IMG/VR virus record: IMGVR_UViG_3300032330_001063
Span: 1-36,456 of that record
Origin: a virus
Lineage: Duplodnaviria > Caudoviricetes
DNA length: 36,456 nt
Direction: 5' to 3' (one strand)
The notes beneath the pieces were generated by a model. That model ran no database searches. It saw only the letters and a program-made list of their open reading frames with translations, and was not told the DNA's origin. Below are positions 1 to 9,206 of the stretch, one piece after another (within the stretch, counting starts at the first letter, position 1; every line of letters starts with the position of its first letter). Position numbers and translations under genes: made by a program.

Positions 1-123
1 CTCATTTCTGTTTCTCCTGAACTTTCTGGACGGCTTGCCATGTCTTTCTGATGTCGGTCTTGCGCAAGTTGACGGGGAACCCTTTCACGCGCTGGTCGCA
101 CCAGCCCAAGACGGGCGCGCGGC
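1..123. repeat. Terminal direct repeat, left copy (circular overlap)
   Basis: 1-123 is identical to 36334-36456; leftward ORFs read through the join. Confidence 0.97.
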
Positions 124-154
124 CCGCCTGCTCAAGTTGTTGGCGTGCAGTCAT
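2..154 (-). CDS. Small early hypothetical protein (MTARQQLEQAG...)
   Basis: ATG at 154 overlaps the upstream stop (TGATG); its own stop overlaps the next ATG (ATGA) across the circular join. Confidence 0.6.
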   Translation of the reverse strand: MTARQQLEQAGRAPVLGWCDQRVKGFPVNLRKTDIRKTWQAVQKVQEKQK

Positions 155-504
155 CAGGCACCCCACCGAATTGCGGGAAACGCGGGTTGAGCGCACACAT
201 CGCTGAAAGCGTCGAACGCCAGCTCTTCGTCGTCACGCCACTGGCGGCGCAACTGACGTGCGCGACGGTCAGCCCAGTCGCGTGCAAACTCCAGAAACCA
301 GGGCTGCAAGCTGCCGGCCTGAACGGCGCGGGCGAGCTGGAAGGGGTCAACTTCGCGCTCAGTGACCAGCCACTGGCACAGATCAACCAGGGCCGGAACT
401 GATTCGCCGAGGGCGTACAAGGCGGGGATGTAGTCGTTGTTCTGAAGCGCGTCCCAGATCTGATCGTGGGCGTCGCTGTGTGCTGCGTCGAAGTCGAAAT
501 TCAT
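154..504 (-). CDS. First gene of the leftward early operon, hypothetical
   Basis: ORF 154..516; GGAGAG RBS favours the start at 504 (MNFDFD); lies just downstream of the PL-like promoter. Confidence 0.7.
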   Translation of the reverse strand: MNFDFDAAHSDAHDQIWDALQNNDYIPALYALGESVPALVDLCQWLVTEREVDPFQLARAVQAGSLQPWFLEFARDWADRRARQLRRQWRDDEELAFDAFSDVCAQPAFPAIRWGA

Positions 505-541
505 CTTTCTCTCCATGCCGCTGTCTGTGCGGTGTGAAGAG

Positions 542-581
542 AGTGTAGTCGAACTACACCATGTGTCAAGTCAAACATTAC
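542..581 (-). promoter_or_regulatory. PL-like sigma70 promoter with overlapping operators
   Basis: Minus strand TTGACA (569-564), 16-nt spacer, TACACT (547-542); palindrome GTGTAG-N5-CTACAC at 543-559; degenerate copy GTCAAG-N5-CATTAC at 565-581. Confidence 0.7.
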
Positions 582-599
582 TCAGTGGGCAAAAATTTT

Positions 600-998
600 T
601 TACGAACTCACTTTGTTCAAGTTTTTTGAGAGTTCGGTGAGCAGGTTTGAGAACTCAACGTAAGTCTCAGTCGTCGGCGGGCGCAAGAACTTTGCAGGCG
701 TCGATGTTTGCACGCGCTCTGCTAACAGCAACGCTTCAACAACGTATTCACGAAGAGCGTCTGGCAGCTCTCTAATGCGCTTGTCGTACCCGGCGCTTGG
801 CTCCCGGCCAAATACAAGCCAATCAAGAGAAACGCCGGTTTGCTCACAAAATGCAATTGCGGCAGCCAGGCTTGGCGTATGCCTATTTTTTTCGTACTGA
901 GACACGTTCGATTTTGTCACGCCGAGCGCGTCAGCAATTTGCTGCTGAGTCTTTCCAGACTGCAGCCGTGCTGACTTCATGCGCTCGCCGGTGCTCAT
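600..998 (-). CDS. cI: CI-like repressor (XRE helix-turn-helix)
   Basis: RMKSARLQSGKTQQQIADALGVTKSNVSQYEKNRHTPS...VSLDWLVFG is a typical XRE HTH; divergent from a cro-like gene. Confidence 0.88.
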   Translation of the reverse strand: MSTGERMKSARLQSGKTQQQIADALGVTKSNVSQYEKNRHTPSLAAAIAFCEQTGVSLDWLVFGREPSAGYDKRIRELPDALREYVVEALLLAERVQTSTPAKFLRPPTTETYVEFSNLLTELSKNLNKVSS

Positions 999-1052
999 CC
1001 TTTAAGAGTACGGCATGAAACATGCCCGCAAGGCGGGTTCAACTTCACCCAC

Positions 1053-1082
1053 TTGCGGCGTATCGTAAAGATGGACTAAACT
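1053..1082 (+). promoter_or_regulatory. PR-like promoter with operator
   Basis: TTGCGG (1053-1058), 18-nt spacer, TAAACT (1077-1082); operator-like GTAAAG-N5-CTAAAC at 1065-1081 resembles the PL palindrome. Confidence 0.55.
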
Positions 1083-1088
1083 TCCATC

Positions 1089-1286
1089 ATGAAATCACAA
1101 TGCAGCGCACTTCTCAGGGCGGTTCAGGCCGCCGGGTCTTATGCCGCTTTGGCCAGAGCGCTTGGAGTGACAAAGGGCGCTGTTCATCAGTGGGCTCGCG
1201 TCCCAGCCGAGCGTGTATTGGCAGTCGAAGCGGCAACTGGCGTCCCGCGCCAGCAATTGCGGCCCGATCTGTACCCGGCGGAATAA
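1089..1286 (+). CDS. cro: Cro/YdaS-like regulator
   Basis: AAGSYAALARALGVTKGAVHQWARVPAERVLAVEAATGVPRQQLRPDLY, with the RPD motif typical of YdaS/Cro. Confidence 0.9.
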   Translation: MKSQCSALLRAVQAAGSYAALARALGVTKGAVHQWARVPAERVLAVEAATGVPRQQLRPDLYPAE

Positions 1287-1481
1287 CTGTATGCATACCC
1301 AGCAGTCTGATCTGCCGGTGGCTCATGAAATGAGCCTGCAGTCGAGCTGTTGGCTGCGCTGTTTTTCCCCTAGCCCAGTCGGGGGGGGGCTGCTGTAGGC
1401 ATTTCTTTGTCTCCTACAGCGAAGTTACCGCCCCCCCTGAATGATTAGGCAATTGCTCTAACGGATTAGGCCGTCCTAGCT

Positions 1482-2321
1482 ATGCCGAACAGAATTCTTA
1501 GAGATGGAATCCTCCAAAGCGAGATGGTGGCTTCGCTTTCGTGGGCGCATGAGGTCTTTTACCGCAGGCTGATGTCTGTGGTGGATGACTACGGGCGCTT
1601 TCACGCTTCGCCGAAATTGCTTCGTTCGGCGTGCTACCCGTTGCAGATCGACAAAGTATCCGACGCGGACATTGGCAAGTGGCTCTCCGGTTGCGAGACA
1701 GCGGGCCTTGTAAGTGTGTACCCGGCTCAGGACGGGAAGCGATACGTTCAGATTCACAAGTTCGGTCAGCAACAGCGCTCCCGCAGCAAGTTCCCAGACC
1801 CGATACCACCTGCAAACAGTTGCTATCAATTGCTAGCAGATGCGCACCTAGACGGAGGCGTAGTCGAAGGCGTAGTCGAAGTCGATATTGAAGTACCTAC
1901 GGTACTTGGTGATCTGCCTGCGGCCGATCCCCCATCGGCGACGGTCATTGAGCTTACAAAGCCCAAAAAAGAGCCTGCAGGAGTACCGCAGTTTCCCTTT
2001 GAGGAACTGATCGGCCTGTACCACCAGCGTCTGCCCATGTGTCCGCGTGTGCAGTTGTTGACCGAGCAACGACGCAAGTTCGCTGCTGCGCGCTGGAAGG
2101 CTTGGGCGGCCATGGACGGCTGGGAATCTCAAGAGCAAGGGCTAGGCGAATGGGCTGCGTTCTTCGACTTGGTGGCGAAGAGCAAGTTCCTGACGGGCAG
2201 GACGCAAAACCACGACAACAGCAGGCCGCCGTTCATTGCGGACTTTGACTGGCTGATGCGCCCGATGAACTTCCAAAAGGTCTTTGAAGGCCGCTACTCC
2301 GAGCAAAGGCTTGCGCGATGA
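1482..2321 (+). CDS. Phage replication initiator (O/DnaT-like)
   Basis: N-terminal MPNRILRDGIL...DDYGRF and C-terminal ADFDWLMRPMNFQKVFEGRY motifs of lambdoid initiators; follows cro. Confidence 0.82.
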   Translation: MPNRILRDGILQSEMVASLSWAHEVFYRRLMSVVDDYGRFHASPKLLRSACYPLQIDKVSDADIGKWLSGCETAGLVSVYPAQDGKRYVQIHKFGQQQRSRSKFPDPIPPANSCYQLLADAHLDGGVVEGVVEVDIEVPTVLGDLPAADPPSATVIELTKPKKEPAGVPQFPFEELIGLYHQRLPMCPRVQLLTEQRRKFAAARWKAWAAMDGWESQEQGLGEWAAFFDLVAKSKFLTGRTQNHDNSRPPFIADFDWLMRPMNFQKVFEGRYSEQRLAR

Positions 2322-2749
2322 AACGAGTCGGATCAATGGTCGAGGTGACGCCACAACGTCAACCTGTTGCAGACCAAAACCCATACCGGTGCCGAGTACC
2401 TGGTTGCCAAGTGCCTGCGGCGATCAATGACGGCTCACAGGCTCGGATCTGCGGGCTTCACTTCGGAATACCGGAGGACGTGCAGAACGCCGTGGTGCGC
2501 AGGATGCGGGCGAACCCTTTGCTGCTGGACGCCTTACTGGTGACTGAGGCAACGAGCCAGCACGCCATTCGCAACCTTGCCGAGCAGATGGTGGCTGCGG
2601 GCATGGCCGACTTAGCGCCCCAGCCCGAGGTGGTGCTGAAGCATGACGGCTATGGGCGGCACGGCGAAGGGCTGACGGTGCGCCGCAGTGAGTTTGAGCA
2701 CCCCAAGCTCTATCGGCAACGCCTGCAGTCAGCACTGAGGTCTGCATGA
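2318..2749 (+). CDS. Hypothetical protein (possible Zn-binding CxxxxC...CxxH)
   Basis: ATGA-coupled to the initiator gene. Confidence 0.65.
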   Translation: MKRVGSMVEVTPQRQPVADQNPYRCRVPGCQVPAAINDGSQARICGLHFGIPEDVQNAVVRRMRANPLLLDALLVTEATSQHAIRNLAEQMVAAGMADLAPQPEVVLKHDGYGRHGEGLTVRRSEFEHPKLYRQRLQSALRSA

Positions 2750-2864
2750 CTTGCAGATCCTGCTTGCACTCAGCCTGGGCGCGGGTGGGCGTGTGGTGCA
2801 ACAAATGGAAAACCGTGCCGCAACGGGTCTGCGGTGACTTTGTATACGAACCTGGGACAGACGA

Positions 2865-3146
2865 ATGATTGAACAACTGATGATTCAGCGAGCAGAAATT
2901 GACGCGGCAATTGAAGCCGAGCGCAAGGCCATGTCGGCCGTTGCCATTGCCCGGGTGCGCGAGATAGTGGCGCAGCACGAGCTGAGTGCTTCGGACATTT
3001 TCCCTGGCCGCTCTGCCGGCATGAAGTCGGCAGCGAAAAAGGTGGCCGCAAAGTACCGCGATCCGTCGTCGGGCAAGACGTGGAGCGGGCGCGGCGTGTC
3101 GCCGAAATGGTTCGACAAGAGCCGGCCACAGGACTTTGCGCTGTGA
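2865..3146 (+). CDS. hns: H-NS family nucleoid-associated protein
   Basis: N-terminal coiled coil plus the C-terminal signature KYRDPSSGKTWSGRGVSPKWF. Confidence 0.92.
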   Translation: MIEQLMIQRAEIDAAIEAERKAMSAVAIARVREIVAQHELSASDIFPGRSAGMKSAAKKVAAKYRDPSSGKTWSGRGVSPKWFDKSRPQDFAL

Positions 3147-3222
3147 TTGACGTGCTACTGCTGGACTTGCTTTACAGCGGCGCAGGTGCTGCGTTGGGTG
3201 CCGTCTGCGTATTCGGGCTGAT

Positions 3223-3435
3223 GTGGCTCGCAGACTGGCCCTGAGAGACGACAAGCCGCCGTGTCAACAATGTCTACACGCCCGTCAGCACAAGCCCGAG
3301 TTCCTGAGCGAGCGGGCTCCGTATGCGTGGGTGTGCTTGCATCCTTCTGCGCTGCGGATCAACGACGGTGCGGTGTGGTCGATCACGCTGACGCGGCCAA
3401 TCTGCAGGGGTAAGCGGTTTGAACATAAGCGCTGA
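3223..3435 (+). CDS. Small Cys-containing hypothetical protein
   Basis: CQQCLH...CLHP...C pattern; in operon order. Confidence 0.55.
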   Translation: MARRLALRDDKPPCQQCLHARQHKPEFLSERAPYAWVCLHPSALRINDGAVWSITLTRPICRGKRFEHKR

Positions 3436-3601
3436 CCTAGAGAGGGTGCTTGAGCTGCTAGCCCAAGCCGCGATAGATGCGGAAAAGATTGGCGCGGTGA
3501 GTTGCGAGCTGTCTCTTCTTGATTCACACGGTGCGGGCATTTTGTACAGAATCGTTGGACGGTCCGCTGAGTTCAAACCTGCGGAGCCGGAATGGCACTG
3601 A
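3419..3601 (+). CDS. Small hypothetical protein
   Basis: Overlaps both neighbours on the operon strand. Confidence 0.4.
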   Translation: MNISADLERVLELLAQAAIDAEKIGAVSCELSLLDSHGAGILYRIVGRSAEFKPAEPEWH

Positions 3602-3915
3602 CACCGACGCAGCGCAGCACGCGCCATTTGCAGGAAGAGGGCTACCACGTTGAGCTGGTTGAGCAGACCAAGCGCGTCGGCCAGCCTGGGGCGATGAAGG
3701 TGTGGAAGGTGGATCTGTGGAATTTCATTGATCTGCTGTGCATCAAGCGAGGGGAAGTCTTGGCTGTACAGGTTACGTCGGCAAGCAACGTGCCCGCCAG
3801 GGTTCGCAAGATTACCGATTCGCCCCTGCTGCCGTTGGTGCGTGAGTCCGGCGTGCGAATCGTCGTCCACGGCTGGCATCCAGATGGGCGCCTGCGATTG
3901 GTGGACTTGTCGTAA
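3592..3915 (+). CDS. PD-(D/E)xK nuclease, Holliday-junction-resolvase-like
   Basis: LQEEGYHVE...FIDLLCIKRGEVLAVQVTS fits the D...QxT variant motif; nin-region position. Confidence 0.65.
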   Translation: MALTPTQRSTRHLQEEGYHVELVEQTKRVGQPGAMKVWKVDLWNFIDLLCIKRGEVLAVQVTSASNVPARVRKITDSPLLPLVRESGVRIVVHGWHPDGRLRLVDLS

Positions 3916-3963
3916 GAACATGGAGCAAATATGAGCAGAAAAATAATAAGAGAGTCGAATTAA

Positions 3964-4116
3964 ATGCGTGCGAAAAAGAGTCAAAAAGAAATCATGCGTG
4001 AGTTCGGAATATCAAAAGCATTTATTGCTTACGCGAAACGATACGGCAGCGACGCAGAGGCAATGCGGATTGAGTTTAGGAAGGCAGCGACTCCCGTTGT
4101 TCGTGACCGGCGCTGA
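3964..4116 (+). CDS. Small hypothetical protein (50 aa)
   Basis: Translated by hand: MRAKKSQKEIMREFGISKAFIAYAKRYG...; below the ORF-track cut-off. Confidence 0.4.
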   Translation: MRAKKSQKEIMREFGISKAFIAYAKRYGSDAEAMRIEFRKAATPVVRDRR

Positions 4117-4122
4117 CTTGTT

Positions 4123-4296
4123 GTGAAGGAACGCTTGCGAGCGCTGATGCCACTCATACCGCCGATGGAGTACCGGGCGGTTCGCACTGCAATCAAGGAA
4201 GCCATCACCTACATCGCGCGGCTAGAGGAACGGGTAGCCGAGCAAGAAAAGCATCTGTCCATGCTGCGTGCGCAGTTGCTGAAGGATCGCAAATGA
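4123..4296 (+). CDS. Small coiled-coil hypothetical protein
   Basis: GTG start; ...IKEAITYIARLEERVAEQEKHLSMLRAQLLKDRK; stop overlaps the next ATG (ATGA). Confidence 0.5.
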   Translation: MKERLRALMPLIPPMEYRAVRTAIKEAITYIARLEERVAEQEKHLSMLRAQLLKDRK

Positions 4297-4622
4297 CGGA
4301 CGACAGGCTGTCTTGGTTGCTCGATCTATGGCGGGACTGGATGCGGCGCTCAGATCACCGTCACGAGCTGGGCTACCCGTCCACCGCTGCGGGCATCCGG
4401 TTTAGGGCTGGCAGCGATTTCGACAGCATGGTGGACAACGTTGACAACACCCAGGCGCTTGCTGTGGATGCGGCTATTGACAGCCTGCCGCACCTGGAGC
4501 GCGTTGCTGTGCATCACGTCCTAATCGCCAGCATCTACCGGGCACGGGAGCCACTGCAAGACGTTTATCAGCGCGCTCGGGAGCGCCTGAAGATCAGCCT
4601 GCACGCAAGGAACATCGAATGA
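4293..4622 (+). CDS. Q-like late antiterminator
   Basis: LLDLWRDWMR...LGYPS...AVDAAIDSLPHLER pattern; lies before a terminator and the terminase genes. Confidence 0.7.
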   Translation: MTDDRLSWLLDLWRDWMRRSDHRHELGYPSTAAGIRFRAGSDFDSMVDNVDNTQALAVDAAIDSLPHLERVAVHHVLIASIYRAREPLQDVYQRARERLKISLHARNIE

Positions 4623-4822
4623 GTGACGAATACCTAAGTACCGCTGACTTCGCTGACGCGATTGGCGTTGAGCACCGCACCATCCACGACGCCCGTACGA
4701 AAGCTGGCCACTTCCACAACTTCGAGCCGATTGAGTTGCCCAATGGCCGCCTTGCATGGCCACGAAAGTTTGTTGATGCGTGGTATGGCCGACGCACTGA
4801 CAAAACCGACGAAACTAAGTAA
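4619..4822 (+). CDS. Small winged-helix DNA-binding protein (AlpA/Xis-like)
   Basis: YLSTADFADAIGVEHRTI...PNGRLAWP...VDAW. Confidence 0.6.
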   Translation: MSDEYLSTADFADAIGVEHRTIHDARTKAGHFHNFEPIELPNGRLAWPRKFVDAWYGRRTDKTDETK

Positions 4823-4938
4823 TCACACGGTTTTACACGGTTACTTTGCGGAACTAGGCGTGATGTAATTCTTGCGGGAAGGTGTCTTCGGAACTTTCCC
4901 ATCTGTCTCCTCCTTAGTGGCCTGACGACCACTTTCAG

Positions 4939-4961
4939 CCGCCGCCTTGGCGGTTTTTTTT
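4939..4961 (+). terminator. Intrinsic terminator ahead of the late genes (tR'-like)
   Basis: CCGCC-GCCTT-GGCGG hairpin followed by a T run, just upstream of terS. Confidence 0.7.
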
Positions 4962-4989
4962 CGCGGAATAATCCCAAGGGAACTCCGAA

Positions 4990-5235
4990 ATGGCAGCACG
5001 TTTGCGCGCCCGGCATCAAGACGAAATCCGGGAAAAGATTAAGACAAGTCAGCTGATAAATCGGCTTACCGATTGCGGACTTGGCGATCTGGAATTGACT
5101 GCTCAGCAGTTAAAGGCAATTGAGATTCTATTGCGCAAGTCGTTGCCTGATTTATCTGCCGTCAGCATTGAAGGCACGGGCGAAAACGGCGACATACCGA
5201 TCACGTTTACATGGGCGAATCAGCCCGCATCGTAA
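4990..5235 (+). CDS. terS: Terminase small subunit
   Basis: REKIKTSQLINRL...AIEILLRKSLPDLSAV; overlaps the terL start. Confidence 0.8.
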   Translation: MAARLRARHQDEIREKIKTSQLINRLTDCGLGDLELTAQQLKAIEILLRKSLPDLSAVSIEGTGENGDIPITFTWANQPAS

Positions 5236-6479
5236 TTCCTTACTCGCCAAGGACGGCATTCCTGCCGTTCCACCAGCGCACCCAGCGTTGGTCGGTGATG
5301 GTCTGCCATCGCCGCGCGGGTAAGACGGTCGCGTGTATCAACGATCTGCTGCGTAGCGCGCTGACGACGAATAAGCCGGATTGGCGGGGCGCATACATCG
5401 CACCGTTTTTTGGGCAAGCCAAAGACGTTGCGTGGAGCTACCTAAAGAAATTTGCATCGGTTGTGCCTGGCGTGCAGTTTTCTGAAGTGGAGCTGCGCGC
5501 CGACTTTCCGAATGGTTCGCGGATTCGCTTGTATGGCGCTGACAATGCAGACGTAAGGCTGCGCGGGATTTATCTAGACGAAGTGGTGCTGGACGAATAC
5601 GCCGACTTTGCTCCACAGATATGGGGCGAGGTAATTCGCCCGCTGCTAGCTGACCGAAAAGGTAGCGCCATCTTTATTGGCACGCCTAAAGGGCACAACA
5701 GTTTCTACCGGCAGTTTCAAGACGCAGACGGCAAACCGGACTGGTTCCGATTGATGCTGCGGGCCAGCGAAACGGGGATTCTGCCTAAGGAAGAGTTGGA
5801 AGCCGCTGCCAGCCAGATGACTGCCGACCAGTACGCGCAAGAGTTTGAGTGCAGCTTCGAAGCCGCAATCCAAGGCGCGTATTACGCGAAGGATTTGCAG
5901 GCCGCTGACACGGACGGGCGCATTACCGATGTGCCGATTGATCCGGCAACGCCAGTGCATACCGCGTGGGACTTGGGTGTGGCTGATAGCACCACCATCG
6001 TGTTCTTCCAAGCGCCTAGAGGCGGCTCTGTGCGCATTGTCGATGCGTATGAAGCCAGCGGGTTCGGTCTGGATCACTACGTGCGCGTGGTGAAGGATCG
6101 CGGCTACAGCTACGGCGACCACTGGGCACCGCACGACATCGAGGTGCGCGAGTTGGGTAGCGGTCGCAGCCGACTGGAAACCGCTGCATCACTGGGCATC
6201 AAGTTTCGCGTGGCACCAAACCTGCCGGTCGCTGATGGCATCAATGCGGTTCGGATGTTGCTGCCACGCACATGGTTCGACAAACGCCGATGCGCTGGCC
6301 TGCTGGATGCGCTGCGCCAGTACCGCGAAAAGATCGACGACAAGCGGCAGATATCGCTCGGCCCGCTGCATGACTGGACAAGCCACCACGCCGATGCGTT
6401 TCGCTATCTGGCGGTGGCGCTGAAGGAACAACAACCGGCCCGCAAGCCTGCGGATGCCGAAATTCATTGGATGTCCTAA
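5211..6479 (+). CDS. terL: Terminase large subunit
   Basis: Walker A variant HRRAGKT, LRGIYLDEVVLDEY (Walker B), GTPKG, nuclease motifs AWDLG and HHADAFRY. Confidence 0.97.
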   Translation: MGESARIVIPYSPRTAFLPFHQRTQRWSVMVCHRRAGKTVACINDLLRSALTTNKPDWRGAYIAPFFGQAKDVAWSYLKKFASVVPGVQFSEVELRADFPNGSRIRLYGADNADVRLRGIYLDEVVLDEYADFAPQIWGEVIRPLLADRKGSAIFIGTPKGHNSFYRQFQDADGKPDWFRLMLRASETGILPKEELEAAASQMTADQYAQEFECSFEAAIQGAYYAKDLQAADTDGRITDVPIDPATPVHTAWDLGVADSTTIVFFQAPRGGSVRIVDAYEASGFGLDHYVRVVKDRGYSYGDHWAPHDIEVRELGSGRSRLETAASLGIKFRVAPNLPVADGINAVRMLLPRTWFDKRRCAGLLDALRQYREKIDDKRQISLGPLHDWTSHHADAFRYLAVALKEQQPARKPADAEIHWMS

Positions 6480-8728
6480 TGGCTGACAAAGACACTCTTG
6501 CTGATGCGAAGGAGCGATTCCGTCTCGCTCACGACGCAGAAGCCGAGAATCGCAAGTGGGCCATTGATGACCTGATGTTTGCGCGCATGGGCGAGCAGTG
6601 GCCGCTGCATGTGCGCAAACAGCGCGAATTGGAAGGCCGCCCGTGCCTGACCATCAACCGCATGCCGGCGTTTGCGCGCCAGGTGGTGAACGATGCACGG
6701 CAGAACAAGCCCGCCATCCGCGTGCGGCCTGCTGACAGCGAAGCCGATCCGGACACGGCCAACATTTACAACGGCCTGATCCGCAACATCGAACAGTCGT
6801 CCAACGCCGATGTGGCGTATGACACCGCATTGGAGTCCGCTGTCTATACGGGCTTCGGCTACTTCCGGCTGTCAACGGACTACGCGCACGAAGACACGTT
6901 CGATCTGGACATCAAGATTGAGCGCATTGCCAACCCGCTGACCGTCTACGCCGACCCAACTAGCACGGCACCGGATGCCAGCGACTGGCGCTTCGGGTTC
7001 GTCACCGACCTGATGCCGCTGACGGAGTTCGAAAGCAAGTACGGCAAAAACACGCTGGCAAGCAACTGGAGCGCGGACGGTGATGACCGCGATAGCCTGT
7101 GGCGCAATGAGGACTCTGTGCGCATTGCAGAGTACTGGACGCGCGACGAGTACATGAAGCCAATCGTGCAGCTATCCAACGGCCAAGTGCTGGATGCCAA
7201 GCTGTACGAAGCCAACAAGCCGTTGTGGGACGCGCAGCAGCTCACCGTCATTGGTGAGCGTGAGACACGCTGTTACAAAGTGCGACAGCAAATTGTAACG
7301 GGCGCAGAAGTGCTGGAGACGACAGACTGGCCGGGTAAGTACATCCCGATCATTCCCGTCTATGGCGATGAGGTCAACGTCCAGGGCAAGCGCTACTTCC
7401 GCTCACTGGTGCGTGATGCGCGCGACTCGCAGATGATGTTTAACTTCTGGCGCACCGCTTCCACCGAGTTGGTTGCGTTGGCTCCTAAGGCGCCGTTCAT
7501 TGGGCCGCGTGGGGCGTTCGATGGCGATCCCAAGTGGCAGAGCGCCAACGTTAAAAGCCACCCGTTTTTAGAGTACGAGGGCGCCGTGCCACCGCAGCGT
7601 CAGCCCTTCGCTGGCGTGCCTGCTGGTGCGCTGCAGGAAGCGCTGAATTCCTCGGATGACATGAAAGCCATCCTGGGGATTTACGACGCATCCCTGGGCG
7701 CCAGAAGCAACGAGACCAGTGGCCGCGCCATCCTCGCAAGGCAGCGCGAGGGCGACGTGTCGACGTTTCACTTCATTGATAACTTGAGCAGGGCTATCAA
7801 GTACGCGGGGCGTTGCCTAATCGACTTGATCCCAGCGGTCTATAACACCGAGCGCATGGTTCGCGTGTTGGGCGAAGACGGCGACGTAAAGAACGTGCTG
7901 GTCAATCCCAAGGAAGCCGCAGAGTACGGCAAGGTCTACGAACTCGCCCGCGGCAAGTACGACCTAGTGGTTGAGGCCGGCCCGTCGTTCAGCACCAAGC
8001 GCGATGAGACGCAAAACTTCCTGCTGGAAACCATGCGTGCAAACCCGAGCACCGCACCGTTGCTGATGGATGTGCTGGCTCGCAACATGGACTTCCCAGA
8101 AGCCGAGAAGATCGCCGCGCGGTTCAAGACGATGCTGCCGCCTGCGATTCAAAAGATGGAAGAGCAGGTCGAGGATGTCACCGAGCAGACGCTGATGGCT
8201 CAACTCTCGCAAGCGCAGATGCAAATGCAACAAATGCAACAGGCGCTGCAGTCTGCAGAAATGCAGAAGGCTCAACTGGAGTCGCAGAAAGTGCAGCAAG
8301 ACGGCCAGATCGAAGCGCAGAAGATGCAGCTACAGAAAGCGATAGAAGACCAGCGCGGCGAGTTGGAGCGCTACAAGGCCAATCTAGACGCCCAGGTTCG
8401 CGTGTACGTCGAGCAACTGAAGGCCGGCACGCAAGAGACCAGCCAACTGCGCCAGCACGCAGCAGAGGATCGCCGCGCCACTGCAGACATGCTGGGCACC
8501 GATCCGGGCACTGCCGGCACGTTGATGCAGACCACACAAGAAATTGTTGCGGGCATGCAGGCCATGCAGCAGTCGCTCGCACAGCAAGTCGCTGGGCTGG
8601 CCGATGTCATGACCGCGCCTAAGCGTGTTGTGCGCGATCCACGCACGGGCAAGGTGGTCGGCGTCGAGCCGGTCATGCCCGCAATCAATCCTGCCATCGA
8701 GGCGCAAATGCCCGATGCGCCAATTTAA
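6479..8728 (+). CDS. P22-like portal protein with Q-rich C-terminal coiled coil
   Basis: GEQW...GRPCLTINRM, IPIIPVYG, NETSGRAILARQ motifs; TAATG coupling to terL puts the start at 6479. Confidence 0.93.
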   Translation: MADKDTLADAKERFRLAHDAEAENRKWAIDDLMFARMGEQWPLHVRKQRELEGRPCLTINRMPAFARQVVNDARQNKPAIRVRPADSEADPDTANIYNGLIRNIEQSSNADVAYDTALESAVYTGFGYFRLSTDYAHEDTFDLDIKIERIANPLTVYADPTSTAPDASDWRFGFVTDLMPLTEFESKYGKNTLASNWSADGDDRDSLWRNEDSVRIAEYWTRDEYMKPIVQLSNGQVLDAKLYEANKPLWDAQQLTVIGERETRCYKVRQQIVTGAEVLETTDWPGKYIPIIPVYGDEVNVQGKRYFRSLVRDARDSQMMFNFWRTASTELVALAPKAPFIGPRGAFDGDPKWQSANVKSHPFLEYEGAVPPQRQPFAGVPAGALQEALNSSDDMKAILGIYDASLGARSNETSGRAILARQREGDVSTFHFIDNLSRAIKYAGRCLIDLIPAVYNTERMVRVLGEDGDVKNVLVNPKEAAEYGKVYELARGKYDLVVEAGPSFSTKRDETQNFLLETMRANPSTAPLLMDVLARNMDFPEAEKIAARFKTMLPPAIQKMEEQVEDVTEQTLMAQLSQAQMQMQQMQQALQSAEMQKAQLESQKVQQDGQIEAQKMQLQKAIEDQRGELERYKANLDAQVRVYVEQLKAGTQETSQLRQHAAEDRRATADMLGTDPGTAGTLMQTTQEIVAGMQAMQQSLAQQVAGLADVMTAPKRVVRDPRTGKVVGVEPVMPAINPAIEAQMPDAPI

Positions 8729-8738
8729 GGGGTAAGCA

Positions 8739-9203
8739 ATGGCAGTAGGGGATATTCGCTGGTTTGCGCAGGGTTTGCACGACCTTGGCTCAAAGCTCCA
8801 CAACCTAAGTTCTGACGCGCTCAAACTCGGACTCATTACGTCCGCAACGACGCCCACGGTTGGTACTGCAGTGCCTCATTTTGGGGGCACGGGCACGACG
8901 AACATGGCCACCAACCAAGTGGCTGCGGGCACCAGCTACACCGCTGGCGGGCCGACGCTTACTACGGTGACATGGGCCGTGGTCAGCGGTGTGCCGACGC
9001 TGCGCGCGGACATTGTGACCGTTGCGCAAGACGCCACCGGATTTACCGCCGCGCGCTGGGGAATCCTTTACAACAACACCAACGCGGCCAAGCAATGCCT
9101 AGCGTTTATTGATCTTGGTGCTGACCGCAGCATTCAGGCCGGCTCGCTGACGTTGGACTGGAGCGGCGCAACTAACGACATCCTGACCATCACCCAGAGC
9201 TAA
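8739..9203 (+). CDS. Putative virion structural protein
   Basis: Thr/Gly-rich beta protein (LKLGLITS...YTAGG...LAFIDLG) in the late operon. Confidence 0.7.
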   Translation: MAVGDIRWFAQGLHDLGSKLHNLSSDALKLGLITSATTPTVGTAVPHFGGTGTTNMATNQVAAGTSYTAGGPTLTTVTWAVVSGVPTLRADIVTVAQDATGFTAARWGILYNNTNAAKQCLAFIDLGADRSIQAGSLTLDWSGATNDILTITQS

Positions 9204-9206
9204 GCC

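Noticed and set aside
1-123. Biological terminal repeat of the virion DNA
   Set aside because: It falls mid-gene in the early operon, far from terS, and is more likely an assembler overlap of a circular contig.
3964-4296. Stop-codon readthrough joining two in-frame small ORFs at TGA 4114-4116
   Set aside because: TGA is used as a normal stop throughout the genome and a GTG restart follows; there is no supporting signal.
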